A stretch of 64,000 nucleotides of DNA from an uncultured delta proteobacterium (GTDB lineage: Bacteria > Desulfobacterota > Binatia > UBA9968), in the NCBI GenBank assembly GCA_963771465.1, contig CAVYTU010000017.1, positions 1 through 64,000 on the forward strand, written 5' to 3'. Shown in pieces: positions 52,635 through 62,716 of this stretch. Numbering within the stretch: position 1 is the first letter of the stretch; the number at the start of each line of letters is the position of its first letter. A program made the translations under genes and the position numbers. The notes beneath the pieces were generated by a model that had not been told where the DNA came from, searched no databases, and saw only the letters and a list, made by a program, of their open reading frames with translations.

Positions 52635-52888
52635 TGACTCGCGGAGAGATTCACAATAGCGTCGAGGCCTTGGTTAAGGAACTCTACCATCAAGAGGACG
52701 GCGTAAACCTCGCTGAGAATTTCCCGGTTCTTGGCCCTGATGGTGTTCTCGACTCTGTGCTCGCATTGCAGCTCCTTCTCAAGATCGAGGAGCGATTTGG
52801 CATCGTCGTTAACGACGATGAGATCGAGCGCGAAAACCTAGCCAACCTGGCGAGCATCACGAAATTTATCGAGCGTAAATTGGCCTGA
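52634..52888 (+). CDS. Acyl/aminoacyl carrier protein
   Basis: GVLDSV phosphopantetheine Ser; IEERFGIVV; TAATG stop/start overlap with the upstream gene. Confidence 0.88.
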   Translation: MTRGEIHNSVEALVKELYHQEDGVNLAENFPVLGPDGVLDSVLALQLLLKIEERFGIVVNDDEIERENLANLASITKFIERKLA

Positions 52889-52967
52889 ACTGATGCGTGA
52901 TTCTTTCTCTGATCCTCTGCACGGGAATAGCGTGGCGGACATTCGGTAAGAGCTTTCAGCAGACCAG

Positions 52968-55900
52968 TTAGTTGGGGGCTTCGACGGAAGGAATCGTAAA
53001 ATAAGCCGGGTCTGAAACGGCGGACCGGAGCAATTGGAGTTCCCTTTCCAGTTCCGCCACAGCTTCCGGCGTTTGGTACTGATCTCGTTCGCTACTTACT
53101 TGCTCGAGAGTCTTTGCGGCGGCATAGGCCCGTTGACCCGCAAGTTGTCCCACAGAAGATGCCAGGGTGTGGGCGGCCTTGGCGAGTGATTCATAGTCTG
53201 ATCGGGACAAGGCCTGATGAGTTTTTTCTAGTAGTTTGGGATATTGGTCGAGGAAAATCCGCGCCACCTCACAAAGCAGCTCGCGGTTTCCATCGACTAG
53301 ACTTAGGGCCGTGGAGAAATTGAGGATGTCGGCTTGAGTCGATGACTCCAGCGCGGGATCCGTTAAGGGAATGGTTTTGGCGGCGGCTATGCGGCGCGCT
53401 ATGGCGGCTTTAAGATCCCCAGGGTTTATCGGCTTAGAAACATAGTCATCCATGCCAGCCGCCAAGCATTCGTCTCGATCCACTTTCCGCGCATGAGCTG
53501 TGATCGCGATGATGGGAGTATGACGGCCCTTGCTCGCTTCCAGTGCGCGGATTTGGCGGCATGTCTCCAAGCCATCGGCCTCCGGCATCTGTATATCCAT
53601 CAACACCATGTCGTAAGGTACGAGCTTGAAGGCCTCCAACGCCTCTTTGCCGTTGCCGACCACATCGGCCCGATGGCCCATCTTGTTGAGTAGACTGGAA
53701 ATCACTTTTTGGTTGATGTGATTATCGTCGGCTACCAAGACCCGCAACCGATGCGTCGAATTTTGCTCCGAGGATATTTTTCCAAACATCGCGGTGGTGG
53801 AAGAGCCGCTCCTTGACGGCTCTGCCATCAAGTCTGCCAGGCGCTCAGCGAGAACTGAATGCGTAACCGGTGCGGCTAGCCAGGCGTCGACACCGGCTGC
53901 TTTGGCGAGTTTTTCGGCGCCATTTTTCTGCACTGAAGTGACCAGCAAAAGCTTCAGCGCGCTGAACTCGGAGTTGTTCCGTATGGTTTGGGCGAGCTCT
54001 TGCCCGTCCATTCCCGGCAGCATGAATTCCATAATCACCAAATCGAAGGGCTCGCCGGTTGCGCGGGAGATCCGTAATAACTCCATCGCAGTCGGGCCAT
54101 CCTCCGTGCTCTGACTTTTGATTCCCAAGGAACTCACGCAGTGCTCGATGACGCTGCGGCTGGTCTCGTTGCCGTCGACGATAAGCGCACGCAGGCCGGC
54201 CAAATTCGCTTGGGTACGCAGGGTCTTCCGATCGGGTGCAGGCTGTTTTAGCAACGGCAGGGTAAACCAAAAGGTGCTGCCCAATTCTGGTTTACTGTCC
54301 ACCCCGATCTCACCTCCCATCAGCTCGACAAGATTCTTGCAAATCGCCAAGCCGAGTCCGGTGCCGCCGTACTTACGGCTAATCGAGGCGTCGATCTGAG
54401 TGAACGAGTGGAAGAGCTTTTTGACGTTGTCCTCAGGAATACCGATACCGGTGTCGGTGACGGAGAATCGGAGGTTAGCGTGAGTGTCAGTTTGCTCTAG
54501 CTGGGCGACCTCGACGATCGCATTTCCCTTGGCGGTATACTTCAACGCATTGTTGACCAGATTGGAAAGGATTTGGCGTAATCGGCCGGGGTCTCCCTGT
54601 AAATCAGTCGGCACATCGTCCTGGATCGAGCTGATAAGCTCTATATTTTTGTCCGCGGCTTGCTTGGCGAAAAGATCGGTAACTTCGGAGACCACGCTGC
54701 GCAAATCAAAATCGATGATCTCGAGCTCGAGCTTGCCTGATTCAACTTTAGAAAAATCCAAAACTTCGTTTATCACCGTAAGCAAGGATTCGCTCGACCG
54801 TCTGATGATGCCACAATACTCAGTCTGTTCGGGTGAAAGTTCGGTGTCGGACATCAGGCCCGCCACGCCGATGATGCCGGTCATCGGTGTCCTGATCTCG
54901 TGGCTGATATTGGCCAAGAATGCGGACTTGGCCTGATTCGCTGCGTCGGCTCCTTCTTTGGCCAGTCTGAGTTCCTCTTCAATGCGCCTGCGCCGGGTCA
55001 GATCACCAGTGACTTGGGCAAAACCTGTAAGCGTGCCGGCTTTGTCACGCACCGTCGCGATAACCACATTGGCCCAAAACATCGAGCCGTCCTTATGCAG
55101 CCGCCAGCCCTCGTCTTCACAGTGACCCTCGGCGAGCGCAGCCTGCAATAACTGCTCGGGTGTACCGTTGTCGCAGACGTCGATGGGGAAGAAACAAGAG
55201 TAATGTTTACCGAGAATCTCATCCGGACGATAGCCCATGAGCCGTTCTGCGCCTTTGTTCCAGGTCAAGACGCGTCCTTCGGGATCGAGCATAATGATCG
55301 CGTGGTCTTTCACATTCTCGATCATCGAACGGAAACGTTCTTCGCTCTGCCGTAACGTTTCCTCGGCCTGCTTGCGCTCGGTGATGTCGACGACGGAAGC
55401 CAGAACATGAATTCCACCGGGTGTTTCAAGCGGGTTCAAACCGATTTCGACGGGAAAAGCATCGCCGTCTTTGCGGATACCGTAGAGTTCCTGACCAGCG
55501 TCCGTTGCGCGCCACTGCGGCAGGGGCGAGGCTATTCCTCCAGGGCGCGAGTGTCTTTCGCGATGGCGCCATGGCAGTAGGCGCTCTACCGGTTGATCGA
55601 TCAGTTCTGCTTTGCTGTAGCCGAAGAGCCGCTCAACCTGCGAGTTGACGAGTTCGATCCGGCCCTTCTGATCGACCATCACAATGCCGTTTGGCGCCGA
55701 TTCCACGATGTGGCGGAAGCGCTCTTCGCTCTGCCGCATGGTATTTTCTGCCTGCTGGCGTTCGGCAAGAACAGCGGCTAACACCAGGGTTGTCACGGCT
55801 TCGGTGGCCATGAAAGCCTGTAATAGCATGAGCGACGCAGTGGGGGTTTCCCCCGAAAAGGAACCGACTCCTTGCAGTGTACCCCAGATGGCGGTCGCGG

Positions 55901-56627
55901 ACATCAAAGCGGTAGATGTCACAGCTCCGTATTGTCCAAAAAGCAGCGCCGACAACAAGAGCGGTAAAATACTTAAGAACGACAGCGGATAATTTTTGAT
56001 ATCGCTGAAGATCCATTCGCCAAAGACAATCTGGCTAAAGACAAAGACGAGCACGAACAAACACACCGCATCGAATATCCAACGCCTGTGCCAAGGCGGA
56101 AAAGTCGCGGCGCCCCAGACCAACAGAAGGGGAGCGACGACGATATCGCTGGTCATATCTCCGAGCCACCAGGTCATCCAGATGGCGGAATAATTATCCC
56201 AAGGAGCAAAACCGCCAAGGCACAGGGCAGTCACGCCGACGGTGGCGCTGACCAGAGTGCTGCCCGCGCCGGCAAAAACGACAAATTTGACGACATCGGT
56301 AGAGCGCTCAAACGCCGCCGAACCATTGGCGAAGCGGCGCACGAGAAAGGCGCCCAAAAGTGCTTCCATTGTATTTCCCGCGGCGATGGCAAGGGAGGTC
56401 TGGACAGACCCTGCGGTGAGTTCGTTGATCAGGAAGGCACCCAACATAATCCCCGGCCAAACTCGATTGCCAAACAGGAGAACTGCTGCTAGTGCAATGC
56501 CTGTCGGCGGCCAAACTAGCGTTGCGCTCGGATGAACTACGGCCAAGGACAAGCCGAGTTTTCCGGCGTAAAAATACAGCGGGCAAAGAGTTCCAACGAT
56601 TGCTAGATAAGTTAAATATCTCTTCAT
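52968..56627 (-). CDS. Hybrid sensor kinase MASE1-PAS-PAS-HisKA-HATPase-REC-REC-Hpt
   Basis: VWPPTGIALA (MASE1), two PAS domains, NISHEIRTP, GTGLGLAI, MDIQMP, AHTLASS. Confidence 0.95.
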   Translation of the reverse strand: MKRYLTYLAIVGTLCPLYFYAGKLGLSLAVVHPSATLVWPPTGIALAAVLLFGNRVWPGIMLGAFLINELTAGSVQTSLAIAAGNTMEALLGAFLVRRFANGSAAFERSTDVVKFVVFAGAGSTLVSATVGVTALCLGGFAPWDNYSAIWMTWWLGDMTSDIVVAPLLLVWGAATFPPWHRRWIFDAVCLFVLVFVFSQIVFGEWIFSDIKNYPLSFLSILPLLLSALLFGQYGAVTSTALMSATAIWGTLQGVGSFSGETPTASLMLLQAFMATEAVTTLVLAAVLAERQQAENTMRQSEERFRHIVESAPNGIVMVDQKGRIELVNSQVERLFGYSKAELIDQPVERLLPWRHRERHSRPGGIASPLPQWRATDAGQELYGIRKDGDAFPVEIGLNPLETPGGIHVLASVVDITERKQAEETLRQSEERFRSMIENVKDHAIIMLDPEGRVLTWNKGAERLMGYRPDEILGKHYSCFFPIDVCDNGTPEQLLQAALAEGHCEDEGWRLHKDGSMFWANVVIATVRDKAGTLTGFAQVTGDLTRRRRIEEELRLAKEGADAANQAKSAFLANISHEIRTPMTGIIGVAGLMSDTELSPEQTEYCGIIRRSSESLLTVINEVLDFSKVESGKLELEIIDFDLRSVVSEVTDLFAKQAADKNIELISSIQDDVPTDLQGDPGRLRQILSNLVNNALKYTAKGNAIVEVAQLEQTDTHANLRFSVTDTGIGIPEDNVKKLFHSFTQIDASISRKYGGTGLGLAICKNLVELMGGEIGVDSKPELGSTFWFTLPLLKQPAPDRKTLRTQANLAGLRALIVDGNETSRSVIEHCVSSLGIKSQSTEDGPTAMELLRISRATGEPFDLVIMEFMLPGMDGQELAQTIRNNSEFSALKLLLVTSVQKNGAEKLAKAAGVDAWLAAPVTHSVLAERLADLMAEPSRSGSSTTAMFGKISSEQNSTHRLRVLVADDNHINQKVISSLLNKMGHRADVVGNGKEALEAFKLVPYDMVLMDIQMPEADGLETCRQIRALEASKGRHTPIIAITAHARKVDRDECLAAGMDDYVSKPINPGDLKAAIARRIAAAKTIPLTDPALESSTQADILNFSTALSLVDGNRELLCEVARIFLDQYPKLLEKTHQALSRSDYESLAKAAHTLASSVGQLAGQRAYAAAKTLEQVSSERDQYQTPEAVAELERELQLLRSAVSDPAYFTIPSVEAPN

Positions 56628-56887
56628 CGCTTCGCGGCGTCGATCTGTGTCGGGAGTGGCATAAGTTTAGTGAGTAGGGTGAGTAGCGTCAAGGGAAAGT
56701 TTGCGCACGGAGTAGTTTTAGGAATCTGTCGTAAGTTTTTGGTGAACCGTCCGCTTCGTCACGGGCGAAAGCCGGCCTGCCTGGATGGAGGGCTGGCTCT
56801 TTCGCCCGTTAGATTCTCATCGATGTTCACGAGCGCCGTCGATCGTGTTATGGATAGCCTCACACGCTAGGCACGGAAGGAGCACTC

Positions 56888-58048
56888 ATGCGCCACGATT
56901 TTAAGATTTATGATTCGGACACGCACCTCAATCCCTCGGCCGAAACCCTGGAGCCCTATTTCGATGCCGCCATGCGCAAGCGGCTGCCAGAGTGGGAGAG
57001 CTGCAAGGTGCCATTTCGTATCGGCTGGGCCGGCGAGATTTTAGAGCCGCCTTATCGCCACCGTTATCGGTTTAAGCAAAGAGCCGGCTGGCGCGAGGAG
57101 TTGCGTATTCTAGGAGAGGCGGGTCCCCGGCAGCATGTCGAGCATCACTTCCCGAAGTTCATGGGTAGTCGTTTCCCGACCCCGGGCGGCTCTGATGATG
57201 ACGCTGAAGCACGTGTTCGGGATATGAACGAGGAGGGAGTGGACGTGCAACTCATGCTTCCCGGATTGCCGCCGGCCACCGACGACGCCGAAGTTGAAAT
57301 CGGCTTTATCCAGGCCAACCATCGCTTTACCGATGACTTCTGCCGCAAGCAACCGCACCGTCTCAAGTCTCTCATCGTAGTGAGTAGCAAAGCGATCGAA
57401 CAATCGGTGCAAGAAATAAAAGCATGGGCGCGTGCGCCATGGGCCGCCGGCATTCATCCCAACCTGGCTGAAGGCGTTCCCATCGACCATCCGGACCTCG
57501 AACCGATCTGGGCCGCGGCCAACGACGCAGGGCTTTGCGTGACGCATCACAGCTTCACCTCCGGCTATCCCGGTTACCGCGATCTCTGGGACAATCCCTT
57601 CATCGGCCGCACTGCCTCGCACCCGTGGGGCGCCATGAGAGCCGTGACGGCATTTTTCGGTGCCGGGATCATGGATCGCTACCCTGACATTCGCTATTGT
57701 ATCCTCGAGTCGGGCTTTGGCTGGCTGCCGTTTTGGGCCGCGCGCATGGACGACCAATGCGAATACATGCCTTATGCCCTGCCAAAAAATCTCGCTCGCA
57801 AACCCAGCGAGTACATGACCAGTGGGCGCTTCTTCGCCAGCGTGGTGATCCACGAAGGCGAAAAGATGGCCCGCATGGTCACCGAATTCCTTGGCGACGG
57901 CGTGTTAATGTATTCGTCCGATTATCCCCACGCGGAGTCGCGTTTTCCCGAGTCCACCAACAAGGTGCTCGGGTGGAAATCCCTGGGCGACCAAGTTATG
58001 GGAAAAATGCTCTGGGACAACGCCACGAAATGCTTTGGCGAGCCGTAA
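56888..58048 (+). CDS. Amidohydrolase (Amidohydro_2) family
   Basis: DSDTH, PIWAAA…THH, LESGFGW, SSDYPHAE. Confidence 0.9.
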   Translation: MRHDFKIYDSDTHLNPSAETLEPYFDAAMRKRLPEWESCKVPFRIGWAGEILEPPYRHRYRFKQRAGWREELRILGEAGPRQHVEHHFPKFMGSRFPTPGGSDDDAEARVRDMNEEGVDVQLMLPGLPPATDDAEVEIGFIQANHRFTDDFCRKQPHRLKSLIVVSSKAIEQSVQEIKAWARAPWAAGIHPNLAEGVPIDHPDLEPIWAAANDAGLCVTHHSFTSGYPGYRDLWDNPFIGRTASHPWGAMRAVTAFFGAGIMDRYPDIRYCILESGFGWLPFWAARMDDQCEYMPYALPKNLARKPSEYMTSGRFFASVVIHEGEKMARMVTEFLGDGVLMYSSDYPHAESRFPESTNKVLGWKSLGDQVMGKMLWDNATKCFGEP

Positions 58049-58164
58049 AGTATGTTCGGCAATTTTGGGAACCTATGCAAAATAATCATAACGGCCAATC
58101 GTGTTTATCGACCGGCGCGTTGAAAACAATGAATTGCGACGTCGCAGACGGAAAGGAGTCGCTC

Positions 58165-58290
58165 ATGAACCCACTCCGGCATTTGGGCATAGGTTCCGAA
58201 GAGCCCGAGAAGCTCGCTGCTTTTTATACAGAGGCTTTTGGCTTGCCAGTGTTATCCGCGGAACCGGCGGCTCGATTAGAGTTGTCCACG
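58165..58290 (+). pseudogene. VOC protein N-terminal fragment
   Basis: AAGGAG RBS; MNPLRHLGIGSEEPEKLAAFYTEAFGL, in frame with the downstream binding protein. Confidence 0.5.
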
Positions 58291-58302
58291 AGAGGGATTA
58301 CT

Positions 58303-59436
58303 TTGCTTCGCCAGCTTGCAGTCTGCGCGCTTTTGATTCTGAGTTTTCATGTAGCGCGAGCCACGCCCGCCGCAACGGCGGCGGAGAAGCCCGGCTGGCA
58401 AGCGGAGTGGGAACGCACTCTTGCCGGCGCCAAGAAGGAAGGTGCGGTGTATCTGTGGGGTGATGCGGAGATCACGCACTCCGATATCATAGCAGCCTTT
58501 ACGAAAGAATTTCCGTTCATAAAACCGATCATGGTCACGGGAAAAAGCGGCGACCTCACAGTGCGTCTGTTATCGGAGAGACGCGCAGGAAAATTTTTGG
58601 CCGACGTTTATAGCGGGACAATGAGCGGCGCGGCATTCTATGAATTTTATCGCTCCGGGGTCTTCAATCCGATCAAACCTACTTTTATTCTGCCAGAGGT
58701 TGCCAGCGAGTCCGGCTGGCTCGGCGGCAAACACTATTACGTCACCGCCGAGAATTATATGATCCTGTACGAAGGCAATGTTGCGGGCACAAGCATCTAC
58801 TACAACACCCAGTCGGTAAGGCCCGACGACTTCAGCTCTTACTGGGATCTACTTGCCCCAAAGTGGAAGGGGAAAATTGGCATGTTCGAGAGGGCCGGTT
58901 CCAGTTTTCCAAGCTTGACGGCGGTCTATTACCATCCGCAACTCGGCCCTGATTATATAAAGCGCCTGGTCGGCGAAATGAACGTCACGGTTTCGCGCGA
59001 TCGGCGGCAAGCCACGGACTGGCTGGGAACCGGGAGGTTTGCTTTGTGCATCGGTTGCGGCGACGTGGAGCGCGCAAGCAGAGACGGTATGCCGGTGGGC
59101 GAGCTGGAGCGCAGACACCTTAAGGAGGCCGGAAACAGCATCACCCTCAATGGCAACAGCGCGCTTGGCCTAGTCAGCAAGGCGACTCATCCGCATGCCG
59201 CCGCGGTTTTTATCAACTGGTTTCTCTCGCGCAGAGGGCAGATGGTTTGGCAGGAGGTCATGAACGCAAAGGTGGGAGAACCATCGAATTCCATGAGGAT
59301 CGATATCCCGAAAGATAATGTCTTACCCGCAGCGCGGCGGGATGACGGTGAGAAGTACCAGGTCACCGGTTTTCTCGACCCAGCGCCTCCTACCAAACTT
59401 ATCGAGGAGCTTTTGTCAAAGAGAGGCGCGAAGTAA
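58303..59436 (+). CDS. ABC extracellular solute-binding protein (AfuA/Fe3+/thiamine-like)
   Basis: Signal peptide; AKKEGAV, YNT…SYWDLLAPKWKGK, HPHAAAVFINWFLS. Confidence 0.88.
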   Translation: MLRQLAVCALLILSFHVARATPAATAAEKPGWQAEWERTLAGAKKEGAVYLWGDAEITHSDIIAAFTKEFPFIKPIMVTGKSGDLTVRLLSERRAGKFLADVYSGTMSGAAFYEFYRSGVFNPIKPTFILPEVASESGWLGGKHYYVTAENYMILYEGNVAGTSIYYNTQSVRPDDFSSYWDLLAPKWKGKIGMFERAGSSFPSLTAVYYHPQLGPDYIKRLVGEMNVTVSRDRRQATDWLGTGRFALCIGCGDVERASRDGMPVGELERRHLKEAGNSITLNGNSALGLVSKATHPHAAAVFINWFLSRRGQMVWQEVMNAKVGEPSNSMRIDIPKDNVLPAARRDDGEKYQVTGFLDPAPPTKLIEELLSKRGAK

Positions 59437-59481
59437 CGCTGTTCCGAGCCCGAAGCCGATTTTGTGCTTCTCTGAAAAAAT

Positions 59482-60609
59482 TTACTTAACTTTAAATTCC
59501 TTGGCCGCGTCCTCGTTGATTTCGAGTCCCAGTCCGGGGCTCTCACTTAAAGTCACCCAACCGTTCACGGTTTTGGGCGCATCTTTAAAAATCACGTCGG
59601 CGGCTAACCAGTTCGGTACGCGAACCTCGGCTCTCCATCCATTGGGAACAGCGGCAAGCAAGTGCAGGTCGAAATAATCGCCATTGGCGATCGGCAGATT
59701 GAACGCCTGAGCCACGGCCGCCACCTTCATGCCCATGGTGAAGCCGCCAACTGAGCCGACGTGGGGTTGCACAATGTCAACGGCGTGCTCGCTGGCTAAT
59801 TCGCACAGTTTGGCAAAATTATCTCGCTGGCCGGCGCCAATGGGAATGCTGGTGCTTTTGCGTAGCTCCGCCAGCAAGCGAGTATCATTGAATAGGATAG
59901 GTTCCTCGAACCACATTAGGTTATAGGGCTCGAGACGCTTGCACCAGCGTAGCGCGGTGTCGAACTTCATCAAGCAGTTGGCATCGACCATCAACTCGAC
60001 GTCGTCGCCAACGGCTTCCCTGACGGCTCTAATGCGGGCTTCATCTTCGGCTGGGTCATCCTCGCGGTGCTCGGCACTCGCTCCCGCACTGTCCATCTGT
60101 CCGTGAATGTTCATTCGGCCGACCACGATCTTGAGCCGTTTGTTGCCTTGCGCAACGAAATGCTTGGCCGCTTCAACCAGTTCCTCACGGGAATAACTCC
60201 TGAAGCCATAGGTTAGATAGGACGGCACAGACTTTTGCGCGCCGCCGAGCAGACGCCAAACAGGGATGTTAAAAAACTTGCCCTTGATATCCCAAAGCGC
60301 GACATCGACGGCGCTGACGCCAAAGCTCCACACTCCCGCGTGGGCACGGCTGTTGAAGTTCCACAGCATCTGATGCATCAAACGCTCGGTCTCCAGCGGA
60401 TCTTTTCCCTGGAGAAAAGGGGCGAGATCCTGGCGGATGAACGCGATCGTTGCCGAAGGCATAGCGCCGCCGATTTGCGAGAGGCCGACGATGCCATTAT
60501 CCGTTTTCACCTGTAGCAGAGTCACCGATTGAGACATCGGTGCCTTGACGAAGGGTGGAGTTACCGGAATATTAGCGAGCTCAAAAATTTCGATTGCGTC
60601 GATTTTCAT
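59482..60609 (-). CDS. Mandelate racemase/muconate lactonising enzyme family
   Basis: SAVDVALWDIKGK, MVDAN, WFEEP, PGLGLE. Confidence 0.92.
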   Translation of the reverse strand: MKIDAIEIFELANIPVTPPFVKAPMSQSVTLLQVKTDNGIVGLSQIGGAMPSATIAFIRQDLAPFLQGKDPLETERLMHQMLWNFNSRAHAGVWSFGVSAVDVALWDIKGKFFNIPVWRLLGGAQKSVPSYLTYGFRSYSREELVEAAKHFVAQGNKRLKIVVGRMNIHGQMDSAGASAEHREDDPAEDEARIRAVREAVGDDVELMVDANCLMKFDTALRWCKRLEPYNLMWFEEPILFNDTRLLAELRKSTSIPIGAGQRDNFAKLCELASEHAVDIVQPHVGSVGGFTMGMKVAAVAQAFNLPIANGDYFDLHLLAAVPNGWRAEVRVPNWLAADVIFKDAPKTVNGWVTLSESPGLGLEINEDAAKEFKVK

Positions 60610-61012
60610 TGGTGCCTCCTGTGTATTTTCAATTGGATAAAGAGCACGGTAACGGAGAGGTTTTCAAGGGCCCGACTCAACTTCTTGAAAGATGTTTGGG
60701 GTCATGTGTGCCGTCAGGATTGAAAATCATTCCAGTCATTTTTCCCATTGCGGCAGCAAGTGAAGATGAACGAGAGCGCAATCGCCGCCAATCGTTAAGC
60801 CGCAGTCCTTTGCGTTGGTAAAGACTTCACTTAAGTTTGCGGCTGTGGTGAGCTTTTGATATGGCCTCGGTGTGTTACAGGAGTTTCGGCGGACCGTGAG
60901 GCGTGATGGAATCTGCTGATCGCCGTCGGGAAGAGTGGTCGTCACTGACCATTTACAATAATTTATGTTCGGATAGTTTTCACTCGTAGCAGTTCTAAGA
61001 AAGGGAACAAAC

Positions 61013-62689
61013 ATGGCACAGCTCGAAGTGTTCAATCCGGTGGCCGAGATTCGTGGTGACTTAACGCCTCAGGGGGTGAGCCCGCGCGTCGCGAGTCTGG
61101 AAGGGAGTACATTGGGGTTACTGTGGTCTGGAACCACCAATGGCGATGTGGCGCTGCGTCGAGTCGAACGGCACATGCGTGAGCGCTTTCCAAAAGTGCA
61201 AACAAAATTTTTTCAAGGCGACCATCCATTTACCGAGCGCCTTTTGCGCGAAGTCGCCGACACCTGCGATGGTGTCGTCATCGCAACGGCCGATTGAGGC
61301 GCATGTAGCTCGTGGAGTATCCACGGCGCAGTGCAGCTTGAGAAACTAGGAAGACCGGCCGTTACCATCGTGTCCGGGCGGTTGGAAGGGGATGCCGTCG
61401 AGAGCGCCCGTGTCTTCGGCATGCCGGAATTGCAGTACGTGCTGGTGCCGTGGATATATCGCAACCTCGATCCCGAGCGGGTGGTGGCGCAGACGGACGC
61501 GGCGATGGACGACATCGTGCGCGAGCTGACGACGCTGCGATCGGCAAAAAACCAACGCGTTGAAGCAGCAATGCGGGAACGATTCGAGGGCGACTCCCAG
61601 CTGGATGCGTTGGAGCGCATGAATGAGGAATTCCTCCTGCGTGATTGGGGCGATGGTTATCCCTTACTACCGCCGACGACCGAGGCGGTGGAGCGGATGC
61701 TGACGGGAACCTGTCTAGCACCAGACCATGTGTTGTGTGACGTGGCGCCAGGATGGGGATTGGCCACCGTCGAAAAGGTCGCCATCAATGCCGCTATGGC
61801 CGGTGCCAAGCCGGAGCAACTGCCAGTAATTTTGGCGGCACTCAAAGCGCTCGCCAAGCTCGACCCTGAGATGGCGCGCTTCTTCCTCATGTCCACCGGC
61901 TCCCATGCTTCCTTGCTGTTGGTAAACGGGCCCATTGCGAAGGAGATCGGCATCAATGCGCGCGCGGCCATGGGACCTGGACGGGATAATCAGGCCAATC
62001 TGATGATCGGCAGGTCATACACCCTATGCCTGAAAAATATCGGCCACTGGTATCCAGGACTGATGGATATGGACACCTTGGGATCGGTGCGCAAGTTCAC
62101 TGTGTGCGTGGCGGAGAATGAGGAAGCAAGTCCGTGGGAACCGTTTCATGTCGAGAAAGGATTTCGCAAGGAGGAGAGCGTGGTCACGCTCATGGGAACC
62201 CGAGGAGAGATTGACGTACCAGACCAAGGTAACACGACCCCGGAAGGTCTCTTGAAGAACATCGCGTTCAACTGCACCTTCGGCCAAAAAGATCTGCGCC
62301 ATAGCGCGGATCCAGATATCGGGCGTCGGGTCATCCTTATGGTGCCGCCTGATCCAGCGCGAGTCATCGGCGAGGGCGGCATCAGTAAAGTGGGAGCCAA
62401 GGAGTTCATCCATTTCCACGCCCGCAAATCGTTGCTTCACTCTCTGGCGTTCATGCCGTTGCGCGGTAGCAAGGGCGATCTGCGTTGGCTGCCGCGGCAA
62501 TGGCATTGGCTGCGTGATCTTTCGGATAAAGAGTTGGATGCGATCGTCGAGCCAGTGGTGGAACGCGCCGACCGATACGATCTGCTTTGCGTTGGCGCGG
62601 ACCGAGCCAAGTTTCAGATCATGCCGGGCGGGCCATTCAGCCCGTCGAGCGAGAACATCGACCAGTACCGCGCCGGCGCCAGACAGTAG
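61013..62689 (+). CDS. Probable selenoprotein: UGSC-type N-terminal domain (Sec at 61295-61297) fused to a roughly 350-aa conserved domain; 558 aa by read-through
   Basis: ORFs 61013-61297 and 61331-62689 are in frame: gcc gat TGA ggc gca tgt = A-D-U-G-A-C-S-S-W. SECIS-like hairpin downstream. C-terminal WGDGYPLLPPT…ATVEKVAINAAMAG. Confidence 0.85.
61301..61334 (+). promoter_or_regulatory. Bacterial SECIS-like hairpin
   Basis: Upper stem GC(U)CGUGGA-GUA-UCCACGGC at 61308-61327, starting at position +11 after the UGA, with a bulged U and a G in the apical loop. Extendable by GCAUGU/GCA(G)UGC. Confidence 0.75.
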
Positions 62690-62716
62690 AACGGGCAATT
62701 CAATGGAGTTAGGAAT

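Noticed and set aside
56761-56809. Hairpin acgggcgaaag…ctttcgcccgt between divergent genes
   Set aside because: No riboswitch consensus recognised; one hairpin only.
57697-58164. N-terminal extension of the 579-aa ORF
   Set aside because: Overlaps the amidohydrolase gene in another frame. Real starts are at 58165 (fragment) and about 58303.
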